A stretch of DNA of 64,000 nt from Marsupella aquatica (taxonomy: Eukaryota > Plantae > Marchantiophyta). Below, one piece after another: positions 51,670 to 64,000 of this stretch. The translations under genes and the position numbers were made by a program. Below the pieces are notes generated by a model, which saw only the letters and a list, made by a program, of their open reading frames with translations, made no database searches and had not been told where the DNA came from. Positions within the stretch are counted from its first letter, which is position 1. Every line of letters begins with the position of its first letter. The stretch is taken from NCBI GenBank assembly GCA_973895155.1, contig OZ316893.1, forward strand, positions 4,702,977 to 4,766,976, read 5' to 3'.

Positions 51670-53057
51670 GACTGCACCTTTCTTTTGGGCTGACTGGCCC
51701 GGCAATTCGCATGTCTGAGCTGTGAGCTGTGTGCAGTTTATCGAGACGTGTGAGACGTGACTGAAGTTTTAATAGAAGCCCACGCGGTACTGTGATCATT
51801 CTCGCCAAGAATGTGGCTGGTAATATTGGTCAGCAATCTGCTCATTCAAACTCATATTGAACCAAACTGTCTTCGTCCTCAACTCACCAACAACAATACG
51901 ACATAATAAACAAAGATCCACCGCTTCACATTCTACCTTCCTCTTATAGGTGACACGCGATAATACCTTTGCAAGTCTTAGCTCAAAATTTGACTTCATT
52001 TCTGACTATTCGGTGGGGCCTTGGTCTTCTTTGACGATGGAGAATGGAAAAATGCAAAGCGTTGACAGCGTCCAATGTGCTCAGGATGTCTCCTCAAGCC
52101 ATCACCCATCTACACGTTAGGAGCTGGAAACGAAGGACTGTACTGGCTCATGTGGACAGGAGTCACAGCATCCAAATTAAGCTATCACTAAGGCCTCTTT
52201 CTTGCTCTTTTGATGGCTCCAGCTCGTTGAAATGGCTAGTCCCAGACAGTCTGAAGCGTTCCCTTAGCATCTAACATTTTCGCCCTAGATGCCTCCATGC
52301 TACTGCTTAAGCTGCCACCAGGTGTGTCCCTAGCTTTGAGAGGAAACCACGACATCTCAACATTGGATAGTGGATTTGTCGAAAGAGTTCAGGCCTAAAA
52401 CTTCATTTACAGAACTTGCGTACTTTGCAACTTGCTTAATCTACTATTTCCTACTATGTGTACACAGATACTCATTTGTGCCGGGGCAGTCCCAAGGGTC
52501 TTTAGAGAAGGTTTGAAAAATCTGTTTAATCTTGATCTTAATCGAGAGCATTCTTACACAGATTATTTTTCATGTACCGAAATTGTGTTCTTGACGGACT
52601 TCGATCATCTGAGATGTACAGAATACAACTAAGACAACGAGTCGGAGGAGAAAGGCCAGTGAGATGTGAGTTTCATTTGGAGGGTGAACATTTTTGAATT
52701 GACTCAATGCATAAAGTGTCCCAGCCTTGTGCCTCTGTCTCAAGGCATGTATGGCTATGTTGATTAATTTGAATTTGATCCAAGAGATATTATGCGAACT
52801 TTGTAAATCTTTGTGCTGATTGATTTTCCCGACTGCGGCAGAATCTGAGAGTTTGATGCGCACTGCCTTCTTGACTTCATGAATGCGCTTCCTCCAAACA
52901 ATGGCTTGGATGCAATGGGTTTCCTCACGTTGAAGCTCTCTCAAAACTTAGTACAAGATGCCGATGCAACTTCTCCTCAACGATTCGCGTTCGCAACAAC
53001 TACCATTTGCACAGACACTGCAGTGAACACAGTGGAGGCAAACATTGGAAGTGCTTA

Positions 53058-53170
53058 GTTATAGTTAATACTGCAATGTTAGAAGCAATCTTTCTGTAGT
53101 TATAGTTGATACGGCACTGTTAGAAGCAATCTTTCTGTAGTTATAGTTGATACTGCACTGTTCGAAGAAT
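53058..53170. repeat. Tandem repeat, 41-bp unit x~2.7
   Basis: GTTATAGTTGATACTGCACTGTTAGAAGCAATCTTTCTGTA repeated. Confidence 0.9.
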
Positions 53171-55183
53171 GATTTCTGAGTCAGCAACAAGTGTAAGATC
53201 ATTATTGACATGTACACAATTGAATTAGACAAACATTAGATTAGTAGATATATATATATATATTATGGTGAGACAGGGAGCGGGCTTGAGAATTAAAAAT
53301 ACAAAGATGAGAGCGGGAGGTGAACAGATGACTAAAGCTCCAGGCTGCACTTGAATAAATTGCATGTAATGAAACAACGCACTTTCTGTTGCTTGCACTT
53401 CACCATTGAGACATTGCCTTCTATTGTATACTTGCATTCTCTCAACAAATATTTCCTATCAACTTCAAGAATTCCTCGAATCATAATAGCTTTATTCCCT
53501 CCTCGGAAAAGAGCTTCTCCCGCTTGCAATTCCAGTGGACCGGAAGTCGAGTCCAAAGCTGTTAAGCGAGAGTATCCACGGAGGTCACCTGTGAAATCAA
53601 GGCTAGCCCAGCGCTGTCAAGCTTGAGTAAGGTCGGCTGCTCGTCTCGATCTTTCTGAAACTGCTTACAAGTGGAGCTCCTGCAAAGCTACATGCAAACG
53701 CAAAGTTTTCTTATATTCGTGATTTACATGACTTGGGTGGCGAGTTCCAACCAGCGAGCCTGTCCTCTTCAAGTCACAACACGAGCGGATGCGACTTTAC
53801 GCCATATTTGAAAGTGAACCTGCAGCTCAAGTAAGACTTTAGTGGGCACCTTTGCGACGATGGGAATCAAGGGCGAGTCCCCACCAATCTGGTCCCACTT
53901 CCCTCCTGAGACAACAGTTCTGCCCTTCTCCATAAGAATTAGTTTCAAAAAAGTACATGAAGCTTCGTTGAGGTGGCAGATCAATCCTACAAGAATTTGT
54001 TGCTCAAATGGAACGTGCAGTTCCAAACATACGAGCTCAAAGGCCAAAAGAGGACTGATTACGCATACCTCATCCTTAACCTGGAAAAACGAGGTCTCTG
54101 CTTTCTTCGCCTTAAGCATCGCTAGATTTCTTGAGATTATATACAATGGTGATTTTGTGGACGTGGAGATGACATATGACTGGCTGACTCATTCAGAAGA
54201 GACTTCACTAACCTTTTTAAATGGCCGTGCGGAGAAAAAAACAAATGTAAGTCATCAAATACATTATCATTCTTCAAAAGACGACCGAACAAATTTCTCA
54301 TAGCCGTCCTAGATACGGTGGTCAGGGAGACGAGGGAACCCCATGGGCAAAGCAAGAGAGTGAATCGATGAGGTTTTTTTTACATTCCTGAGAGGAATTG
54401 GCCATATATCCGAAGGACCCTCATGATCAGAAGTATTAGCTATGGTCAAATAGAAATTCAAGGTCGCGCAATGTATCCAGTAACACCACATTTCTTGATA
54501 AAAATTGACTTCCTACTTCTAGTCTTGAGTGTCAAAACTGATCTTTCCATCTGAAAGCAAGAATTGAGTACAGAACTTGCGTAAATCACTGAGCACGATA
54601 CCTCTACCCACTTCGTGCGAGTTGTAAGTCATGGATAATCTAAAGCTCCAGACGGCGTAAACCAACAGAGTCTGAACGTTAGAAATAGACGACCGAGGTG
54701 CTTGAACAAGGCTAATGGTGCAGTCAAGCATCCCTCATTCCGCACTCCCGCTCAATTCTAGGAGCGTTATTTATGCACAATTGATCTGTCAGAAGGTCCT
54801 TTGCTTACCCAGGCCACCCTTTCATATTGTCATCTGCATCTCACTATCACTGCACTTGCATTTCCTTGCCTATCAAATCCATAAACTTAACCATGACAAC
54901 ATATCCCATAAATCACACAACCAATATGTACCGAACTCCACACACTTCACAAAAAAACCCACAGTTGCTATCACTTCACTTGCATTCCTTACTTAGATGG
55001 AAGGCCAACGCCATCTAATTTAAACAAACGAGAGCCCCTCTTACAGCCCGCCTTGCCGGGACTACCACTTTACAATTTCACACGAAAACAAATTCAAAGA
55101 AACCTGATCCGGCAATGTACATGTTGTAACTTGGCATTTTAATTTCCAATCTTGTGCTCAAACCATATGCAATCCTCCATACC

Positions 55184-55912
55184 TCAGAAAAGGAGGAGGC
55201 ACACAATGACAAAGCATCCTAGTAAGAGAAGTAGTCTGGAGAGAAGCGCCTCTTGCTGCTGATCGGGAGCGATTGGCGGAGAGGAATGAATGTGCGAGCT
55301 TTGAGGGCTGGGTCCTGTGGCACCAAAGTGCAGCCCTGAGGGGGCCCCCAACCCAGCGGCCTCCGGAAAACCATGCAATTGAAACCCAAAGAGGGAAGGA
55401 AATAAGCCAAACCCAGCTGATAGAGTAATATTGCCGAATCGTGCCGTCGCAGCGGGGCCCCCAGGTCCTGCCATGAAATTGAAACCTTGATGCTGATAAT
55501 GCTGGTCAGATTGTCGGGCCGTATCGGGCCTTTGACCTGCAGGCCTGTGAGGAATGTTCACACCTGGAACAGTTTTGGTGCGTGGATCCACGGAGCCAAC
55601 CTTCCCTCGTCCATAAAGCGGAATAACCTTCTCCTCCTCCACACCGGCTTTGCATACTGGACATTCTTGACATATAGAGTGCATCTGAAGCCATCGGTAC
55701 AAGCAAGGCCAACAAAAGAGATGCCCGCAAAGAGTTACGACTGGATCTTGCGCTAACTCTAGACAGATATTACAATCGAAACTCCCGCCATCGCCACTAG
55801 TTGTAGATGGAGGTGTTTGTGAATCCTCAGGAGCTGGTTGCGATTGAAACGGTGTCACTTCCGGTTCCTGCATCCTCCCCTGTGAACTTCCACTTCCTTC
55901 CAAAGGTTTCAT
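55184..55912 (-). CDS. RING-HC membrane-anchored E3 ubiquitin ligase, RMA1/RNF5/RNF185 family; CDS intronless
   Basis: FDCNICLELAQDPVVTLCGHLFCWPCLYRW..ECPVCKA, VIPLYGRG, IPHRPAGQRP and C-terminal hydrophobic anchor LSRLLLLLGCFVIVCLLLF. Start taken at the first in-frame ATG; the 5' UTR probably extends with an intron to about 57450. Confidence 0.92.
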   Translation of the reverse strand: MKPLEGSGSSQGRMQEPEVTPFQSQPAPEDSQTPPSTTSGDGGSFDCNICLELAQDPVVTLCGHLFCWPCLYRWLQMHSICQECPVCKAGVEEEKVIPLYGRGKVGSVDPRTKTVPGVNIPHRPAGQRPDTARQSDQHYQHQGFNFMAGPGGPAATARFGNITLSAGFGLFPSLFGFQLHGFPEAAGLGAPSGLHFGATGPSPQSSHIHSSPPIAPDQQQEALLSRLLLLLGCFVIVCLLLF

Positions 55913-57460
55913 GCCACGAGCAACATGCAAAAAACGCCTCTCCGGCAAGTTTCCAATTCCAAACACCTACCACAATCTTCCCCGAATCTCCGCAAGGGTC
56001 ACTGCCCTCAGCAACACACACCAACCAATTATGAGGACTATACTCCTACCCGGGCCAAATCGCCCTTCCCTTCTCTTTCAGCCCTTGGTGATCGTCGTCA
56101 AAGTTGAAGCACACAGATACCTAAGTGCAATCGATCCAACCGCTTCACATCCACTGATTACTGCTCATGACAGGGTCATACTAACTCATTAGCAAAGACT
56201 TTCGCCGCCCGTCCCTCAGAATAAACTTCGAGGTCAAAACGAAGTTGAGCACAACGGGATTCGAGGACCACGACGACCCCAACCCAATCAGCTAAGAAAT
56301 ACTCGAGGAAATGACGATATATCTTTTCTACCAAATAATCAAAGCCCGTGCTGAAACCACCGTCGATATCTCCCCTACGCGTTAAGCGACAAACCGCAAC
56401 TCGGAACACTATGGTGTTCCGCAAACCAGGCCAGAGTTGCTGAGAGAACCTTTGGAAGTGCACATATAAGCTCCGGCAAGAGACAAATCTTATGAATAAC
56501 AGGCAACACCCTCGATCGATGACTCAGATGACAATCGTCACCCTGTCTTCACAGCCACCAACTTCGGCTGCAGGTATGACTCCAAACTCAATAATGGCCA
56601 CCAATATGGGCGAAACTAAGTTGCCTAAATCCACAACCGCGATCGAATGAAGAGCGGCAAGTAGCGGCAAGTGTAGAACAAGCCGTCGCCCTCCTTTGCC
56701 AACAGTCACTCCGTTCTCAGCTTTCCTTGCCAGACATCGCTCGCGCTCGACAACGATGCGCACCAAATTCGCCAAAGACAACCCGTCCCGATCACAATGT
56801 CTCTCTCTCCCTCGGACTGGCACTGCGTGCGGCACCAAATAAGGTCAAATCGCACGACCTCAACAGGCTGAACACGGACCACAGTAACTCACCGATAATG
56901 ACCACGGCGCAAGCCTCCAAACTCAAAACAGACTACGATTCCCAACCAGCGCATCGACGGATTAAACTCCAACTATGTCAAAAACCACACGCACTCGTCA
57001 AAAACCACACGCACTCAACCTCCGCCCCTTCGACAGCAAGCCACCCAGCAGAACCGGAACCGATCAATCAATCAATAGCATGCCACCGATAACCTCAGGA
57101 GCACGGAACCGGCCAATTTCCGCGTCGGGCGATATGTACCAATACAACGCCTTGCCCAGCCTCACCCGGCCTCGGCGAAAACGACGATGTTGGACAGAAT
57201 TGTACGAGAAAGCAGCACACAACAGCGAAAATACCACAACCCCAAGCACCACCACCGAAATCAATCGCCTCAAAACCCCCGCGATGCTTGATTCGCCCTT
57301 CCGTTCGATTCCTCCTCTCCGCCGCTTCTTCTTCCCTTGCCCCCGCGTCCCCCGTCTCTTTGCCTTTTCTTGGTGACTTGGTCCGTCTTGTCCTCGAGAA
57401 AGTCTCACTCTCGGATACTCATCACTCTTGCAAATCATTCGTGCGTTTCAGGCAAAGAGA

Positions 57461-57498
57461 CTCTCTCTCTCTCTCTCACTCTCTCCCTCTCCCTCTCT
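57461..57498. repeat. (CT/GA)n microsatellite near the probable transcription start of the RING gene
   Basis: CTCTCTCTCTCTCTCTCACTCTCTCCCTCTCCCTCTCT. Confidence 0.8.
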
Positions 57499-58226
57499 GT
57501 TCTTGCTTCGATGTTATTATGACTAGTCCTTACCTGGATGCCGGAAGGGGCCGAGCCACCGAGGCTCCGGAGCTCCGGGCCGAGAAATTGTGGGGACCCG
57601 ATATTCCGTTAGACGGGGTGGGTGTCACATTTTCCGATAGCCCGGATGATGATGACAGACTCCGGATGGATCGATGACGTAAGGTTTTTCGCCCTGCATT
57701 TAATGGAATTCAATGGGTTATAAATGCGGACGAAGGTGATAAACGGGTACAACGAGAAGATACGAGTCACATGGCAATTCTTGAGTGCATTTTGAGAATT
57801 ATTCCACCAATGTGATTGACCCATATTAATGACTTCTATGAGTGTGCCTCTCAAGGTTTAAGAAGAAGAAAAGGGATGTCAACCGCAAGCTCTTGGGAAC
57901 TGAAGAGATTACGGTAGCTGGCTTCTTTACGAACAAGCGTGAATTGATGTTAAAATATCTGAAACTACCTCTTGTCGACCTGGGCCATGCAAACAAGCCA
58001 AACTATGTACCCATGGAGGTCCTCCACTCATATACTTTTACATTTCCTTGGCGCAAAAATCAGCATATGTTGACGTTGTCGTCAACATTTGTTCATCATT
58101 GTATATTTATGATTGTAATCAGTATTCTAATACAACGGCTCCACTCACCAATAGTTTTGCAAGATACTAGAGAGACAAAGGTACAAACATAACTTAACTG
58201 GTTTTCAGACAAAAAATCAAATTGAA

Positions 58227-58555
58227 TGTTAGGGTTTTGACTCAATCTTGGCTAGGTTAACTAGAATAAGTTAACCGTAGTTAACATTACTTGACTAGAC
58301 TCTTCATGAAAGAATAACCCTCTTTGTATCACATAGAAAGAAAACACTTAGGTGAGATCTTTGTGTGAGAGAGAAAGAGAAAGAGTTTGGACCATGGAAC
58401 TATGGTGATATGTACTTTTCATATTCATAGTGAAGCTCTTGGTGCGGCCGTGGACGTAGCCCTGACGGAGTGAACCACGTATCTTTGTGTCGGTGTACTT
58501 GAGTGCTGAATGATTGATGATTATGAGACGTCATACTGTCCATTTTGATCCTACA
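58227..58555 (+). repeat. 5' LTR of copia element 2
   Basis: Matches 63649-63971 with roughly 26 substitutions and one 6-bp indel by manual count. Confidence 0.95.
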
Positions 58556-59729
58556 ATTGGTATCAAACCTTTGGGTCGGGATCAGTTGATGTCTCAACAA
58601 TTTATCGTGATCGATTGATAATTTTTGGGGGCACGATGGAAGTGTGAACGTTGACATACGAAGTGGTGATCAGATAAGGAGGTCTATGGAATGGAAACTT
58701 GCACGTTTAGTCGAGAGATTGTTCACATATGGCTGAGTAATTTCAATTTTCATGTTAGACGATTTTTTGACGGTTTTGAGATCCCAACTTGATTACCAAG
58801 GGAAACGTGGCTTACGGGATGTGATTTTGGTTTCTTGTAAGACGTTAATGATCATTGAAGGAAAGTTGGTGCGAGTGGTATTGCGATGGAATATGGTGGT
58901 GAAGAAATCAATGTGTTTCAATGAGTTATCGCGAAGAACTCTTAGATTGAGTTGAGCTCAAAATTCCTAGCTATGGTGGCTAGGTCAAAATCAGCAATCT
59001 TGTCCAAATTTTATCTCCCTCAATTTTTCATCATTTTCAGAGTTCGTTATATCGATTTGAAGCGCCTTGAAGTCTAGTTTCAGAATCTGAAATCGGTTTT
59101 GCTTTTCGTTAAAACCCCAAAGAGATATCTTAGATATGCCACCGGGGGGTAAGTCTACCGCGAGTATTTACTCGCTCAGGACGATGCGCGAACACGAAAA
59201 AAGGGTCGAGGGGGGTGACAGGGGGTTCGAGGGGGCACGTGGCAACCTCTGGGCAGCTCTGAAAATTTTCCCACAGGGCCTATACAAGGGTTGCGGGAAT
59301 TTAAGGAAAATAAAATTTTCCAGCAAGCTCATTTTTGTGACGGAATCGGATTTTCAGCAAATTATCCGAAGTTATATCGACAAAATATTTTGCAAGGGCA
59401 TACTTGAGGGAGCTGAGTACAGGCCTGTGCAAACGATTTGTCAAACTGACTTTGCTTGCGGATTTGAGTGAATTGATTCTTCTCGGGGGTCCAATTTTTA
59501 TCTTTTGACCCCCCTTACTCGTCGGTAAAAATATCTCAACTGAGATCTATTTTTGGCATATTTCAGAAGGGTACCCAAGAGTGCTCTTGGATTTCAATTC
59601 CAGCAATTTTCATTTTTGGTCATTTTGTGGCTGATGATGTCGTGTTGCTGTGAGTTAATGTGCAAATTTGCATGAAATTGAGAAGCTGCAAAGTGATTTT
59701 TTGGCACTTTAAGGTCCTAGGGGTGAACA

Positions 59730-62700
59730 ATGGCTCCATCAAAAGTTACTAGTGCAAAATATGAGGTGGAGAAGTTTATCGGCCACAATAATTTTACGTT
59801 ATGGCAAGTTCAAATGCAAGACGTGTTAGTTTTGCAAGGTTTGGATGCAGCATTGAAAAGTCAGCCATCGACGATGTCCGAGGAAGATTGGGAAGACATT
59901 TGTGCACGAGCTCTCAGCTTGATCCGATTACACTTGGCATCTGATGTTCTACTCCAAGTGTTGACTGAGGATTCACCGACAAGGCTGTGGGAACGACTCA
60001 AACAGATATACCAAAAGAAATTTTTGGCAACTCGCTTATACACAACCTTGAAGTTGATGACACTGTACATGATGGCAGGTACGAAACTTGCCGATCATAT
60101 TGATACCTTTAACTTGATAGTGTCCGAGTTGGCCACTCTCGATGAAAAAGTTGAAGACGAGAAAAAAGTTTTGTTTCTTCTTATCTCCTTGCCCAAATCG
60201 TACGAGCATTTGACTCAGACCATACTCTATGGTAAGGATCAGATTTCTTATGCTGAGACGGTGAGCATTCTTGTTGCGAATGACAATAGGAAGAAAATGC
60301 ATGTAATCTTTCATGTTTCCTCTTCTACTTTGTCAGTAACCAAGAGTCGGTTTAAATAAAAATATCAATTCCTCAACACTCTCAATCCAAGACTTTGGAT
60401 TCAAAAAATGTGGAGTGTTGGAATTGTGGCAAGACAGGCCACATCAAAAACAATTGCAAAAACAAACCAAAGCTTGCTTTTCATCAAGCTAGTTTGGTTG
60501 TGTCTGATGATGAAGGATTTGCCATGTGCATCGATTCTTCTATCGTGCATGAACTTGATTGGATTTTGAATTCTGCTTGTTCTTATCACATGACTCCAAC
60601 AAGAGCTTTATTTCATTCCTATGAATCCACTACTGGAAGTGTCTTGATGGGGAATGATCAACCCTGCCAAATAATTGGCACCGGTACAGTAAAAGTTTAG
60701 ATGTCTGATGGCATTCTTTGAACATTAACAAATGTCAAACATATTCATCATCTCAAAAGGAATTTGATTTCTCTTGGAGCTTTGGACACCGCTGGATGTC
60801 AGTAGAGTACAGTTGATGACATTTTGCAAGTCAAAAAGGGATCTCTCAATGTCATGAAAACCCAAAAGAAGGGGAATTTGTATATTCTGGATGGAGCCAC
60901 CGTCCTTGGCAATGCCCGTGACAATGTTAATGTGATTTCGTCAGAGGAGGATCAATCACGCTTGTGGCATGCACGACTAGGTCACATGAGTGAACAAGGA
61001 TTGGCAATGCTATGTAAGCAGAAACTCTTATCTAGTGCAAAGTCTTGCAAGCTAGAATTTTGTCAGCATTGTATCATTGGCAAGCAGCATCATATCAGTT
61101 TTAGCATTGCTCATCATACCTCCAAGGATATACTGGATTATATTCATTATGATGTGTGGAAATCCCTAGTTCTTTCCATTTCAAACATGAAATATTATGT
61201 CTCATTTATTGATGACTATTCACACATGATTTAGATTTATTTCATGCGTGAGAAGTTGGAAGTGTTTTCAATTTTCAAGAAGTGAAAAATATAGGTTGAG
61301 ACACAAACGAGAAAGAAGGTGAAGTATCTCCGCTCAAACAACGGCGGTGAGTATTTCCAACGAATTCAACCTCTATTGTGAGCATGAAGGCATCACTCGA
61401 CATTTGACCAATGTGTATACTCCACAATAAAATGGTGTTGCAGAACGGCTCAACGGAACCTTGTTGGAGTGTTCACGGAGTATGTTAAGTCAAGCAGGTC
61501 TTCCATAGATCTTCTAGGCTGAAACTGTTATACGGTAGCTTATTTGCTAACTTTATCTCCAGTTAGCAGCATTGGTTGTAAGACTCCTTTTGAGATGTGG
61601 CACCAAAGACCTACTGATTATACCAAAGTACGTTGGTTGTGAGGCATATGCTCTCTCGCCTCCAATATCACGCATTAAACTTGATCCAAAGTCTGTGTAG
61701 TGCATATTTCTTGGTTATCAAAAAGGAATAAAAGAGTATTGCCTATGGGACCCTTTGGCACAAAAATTGGTAGTCAACATCGATGTCTCGTTCAATGAGG
61801 TTCCTCATTAAAAAAATGGGAGAAAATGGTGGAAACTCCAGATGTTGACAGGATGGAGGGGGAGAACAAGTGTCAGCACCAACACCAGTACCAGCAGCAT
61901 CATAACTAGCTGCTGAAGTGCCAGAATCATCAAAAAGATCTTCATCAAGACCTCACAAGGAGCCTACACGGTTTGAAACTTGATTTCCATTTGATCACAT
62001 GGATATTGATGATGAAGATGCTGACGATTATGGGAATGTGTTGATCATTGAGGATGGAGAACCATCCACTTATTCAAAGGCCATGGCTTCCCTTGAGAAG
62101 CCAGAATGGATTGCTGCCATGAATAAGGAAATGAAGTCACTCTATGACAACAAGACTTGACAACTAAAAGAGTTGCCTCAAGTAAAGCAAGCAGTTAATT
62201 GCAAGTGGATGTATAAGGTGAAAGAAGGAGGCAGTGATCATGAGGAGAAGATTTACAAGGCAAAGTTGGTTGCCAAGGGTTTCACACAATGCAAAGGTGT
62301 GAACTATAGTGATCACACAGGCTACCCTTCGCTTACTCATGGCACTTGTGATTATTTTTGACCTTTGCTTGAAATAAATGGATGTTGTCACAGTTTTCCT
62401 ATATGGTTTGCTAGAAGAGGTGATCTTCATGAGACAGCCTGAAGCGTATGTCAAAAGAGGCAAGAAGCATCTGATGTGCAAGCTGTTAAAATCCTTGTAT
62501 GGATTCAAACAAAGTCCAAGACAGTGGAACAAGAGGTTCAAAGATTTTATGTTTCACTTGGATTTATTCAAAGTGAGCATGACTGTTGTCTATACATGAA
62601 GAGAGTGAATGATGAAACTTTTGGTTTTATTTTGCTAGCTCTTTCTGTGGATGATATGCTCATAGTAGCAAAGAATAAATCTAACATTACTAAGCTAAAA

Positions 62701-63616
62701 GTTCAATTGAGCTTTGAGTTTAGTATGAAAGATTTGGGTGCTGCTAAGTGTATATTGGGCATGGAGATTCATAGGGATAGGCAAAATGATAAATTGTGAT
62801 TGACACAAAGTAAGTACACTAATAAGGTTCTTGCCAAGTTCAATATGGCAAGTGTCAAGTCTGTGAGTACTCCTTTCGCATCACATTTCAAGTTTTTAAT
62901 TGCATCTTGTCCCACAAATGCAATTGAGAGAGATCATATGTCTAAGGTTCCCTATGATAGTGTTGTGGGCAGTTTAATATATCTTATAGTTTGTACCAGA
63001 CCCGATATAGCACATGCTGTTGGATTGGTGAGCAGGTACATGTCTAATCCAAGAAAGATACATTGGGAAGCAACGAAGTGGATACTACGTTATCTATAGG
63101 AAACATTCTACTATTGAACTGCTGTTTAATGTACACAGTGAAGATGCAGAATCATTGATTGGCTATATGGACTCTGACTATGGAGGAGATTTGGACCAGA
63201 GGAAGTCCACTTCAAGATACACTTTCACTCTTGCAAGTGGATATGTAAGTTGGAGGTCCACAAAGCATAAATGCATATCTCAGTCTTCTACTGAAGCTAA
63301 ATATATGGTAGCAGTTGAAGCAACTAAAGAGATGATTTGGTTAAGCAACTTGGCGAAGGATTTGGAGATTACACAATGCATTGTGCTTCTCCATTGTGAT
63401 AGCAATAATGTTTTACACATTGCTGTCAACCAAATGACACATGACACATTGATATTCGATATCACTTCATCAGACAAGCAGTGTCAGCAGGAAAGGTTGA
63501 GCTAGTCAAGATTGATGGTAAACTCAATCCAGCTGACATGTTAACCAAGGTTATCCCTCATGGTAATTTTGCAAGACATTGCAATTCACTACAGATCTTA
63601 GCTTCAGATTGCTAGC
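59730..63616 (+). pseudogene. Decayed copia gag-pol with many stops, frameshifts and a small RT deletion
   Basis: KYEVEKF, CWNCGKTGHIKNNC, WILNSACSYHM, LWHARLGHMSE, LLKSLYGFKQSPRQW, VDDML, DSDYGGDLDQRKST. Confidence 0.92.
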
Positions 63617-63648
63617 AGCTAACTCAAGGATAGAGTCAAGGGGGAGTT

Positions 63649-63971
63649 TGTTAGAGTTTTGAGTCGATCTTGGCTAGGTTAACTAGAGTAAGTTAACCGG
63701 AGTTAACATTAGTTGACTAGACTCTTCATGAAGGGATAACCCTCTTTGTATCCTATGGAGAGAAAACACTTAGGTGAGATCTTTGTGTGAGAGAGCGAGA
63801 GTTTGGACCATGGAGCTATGGTGATATGTACTTTTCATGTTCATAGTGAAACTCTTGGTGCGGCCATGGACGTAGCCCTGATGGGGTAAACCACATATCT
63901 TTGTGTTGATGTACTTGAGTGCTGAATGATTAATGATTATAAGACGTCATACTGTCCATTTTGATCCTACA
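63649..63971 (+). repeat. 3' LTR of copia element 2
   Basis: Preceded by the PPT, ends in CA, followed by TSD TTGAA. Confidence 0.95.
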
Positions 63972-64000
63972 TTGAATGAGCCACACAAGGTCCTCATAAT

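Larger units (their letters stand above)
58227..63971 (+). mobile_element. Full-length but heavily decayed Ty1/copia LTR retrotransposon
   Basis: LTRs 58227-58555 and 63649-63971 (TG...CA); TSD TTGAA at 58222-58226 and 63972-63976; PBS TGGTATCAAA at 58558; PPT GAGTCAAGGGGGAG before the 3' LTR; gag-PR-IN-RT-RH remnants. Confidence 0.97.
57856..64000 (+). pseudogene. Argonaute gene remnant (PAZ-L2 region): exon 57856-58018 and exon 58155-58226, continuing at 63977 after the copia insertion
   Basis: FKKKKRD...TEEITVAGFFTNKRELMLKYLKLPLVDLGHANKPNYVPME | GT-AG intron | FCKILERQRYKHNLTGFQTKNQIE [LTR element] *ATQGPHN, matching the Argonaute pattern ITV..YF...L.Y..LP...G...P.Y.P.ELC.I...QRY...L...Q. 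Confidence 0.82.

Noticed and set aside
56176-57677. Overlapping 95-133-aa ORFs
   Set aside because: GC-rich probable 5' UTR, intron and promoter of the RING gene; random-looking composition.

Overview
Eukaryotic nuclear DNA from a land plant, most likely a non-seed plant such as a bryophyte. That placement is inferred from GT-AG introns, plastid-targeted genes, a plant-type U2 snRNA, Ty1/copia elements and gene families atypical of angiosperms. Six intact protein genes can be built by hand: PsbP-domain protein 3 (8 exons), plastid soluble pyrophosphatase (6 exons), bifunctional transthyretin-like allantoin synthase (6 exons), an intronless START-fold phosphatidylinositol transfer protein (PITP/RdgB type), a divergent AUX1/LAX-family transporter (8 exons) and an RMA1/RNF185-type RING E3 ligase. 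There is also one U2 snRNA gene. Two full-length Ty1/copia retrotransposons with LTRs, PBS, PPT and 5-bp TSDs bracket the window. The left one is young; the right one is older and is inserted inside an exon of an Argonaute gene remnant. Helitron-like ends, a TIR element, degenerate non-LTR retroelement fragments and many small tandem duplications fill the intergenic space. The most interesting items are the animal-like PITP with mixed specificity residues and a duplicated C-terminal helix, the non-canonical AUX1/LAX transporter and the copia-disrupted Argonaute. All calls come from manual reading and remembered family motifs; no searches were run.
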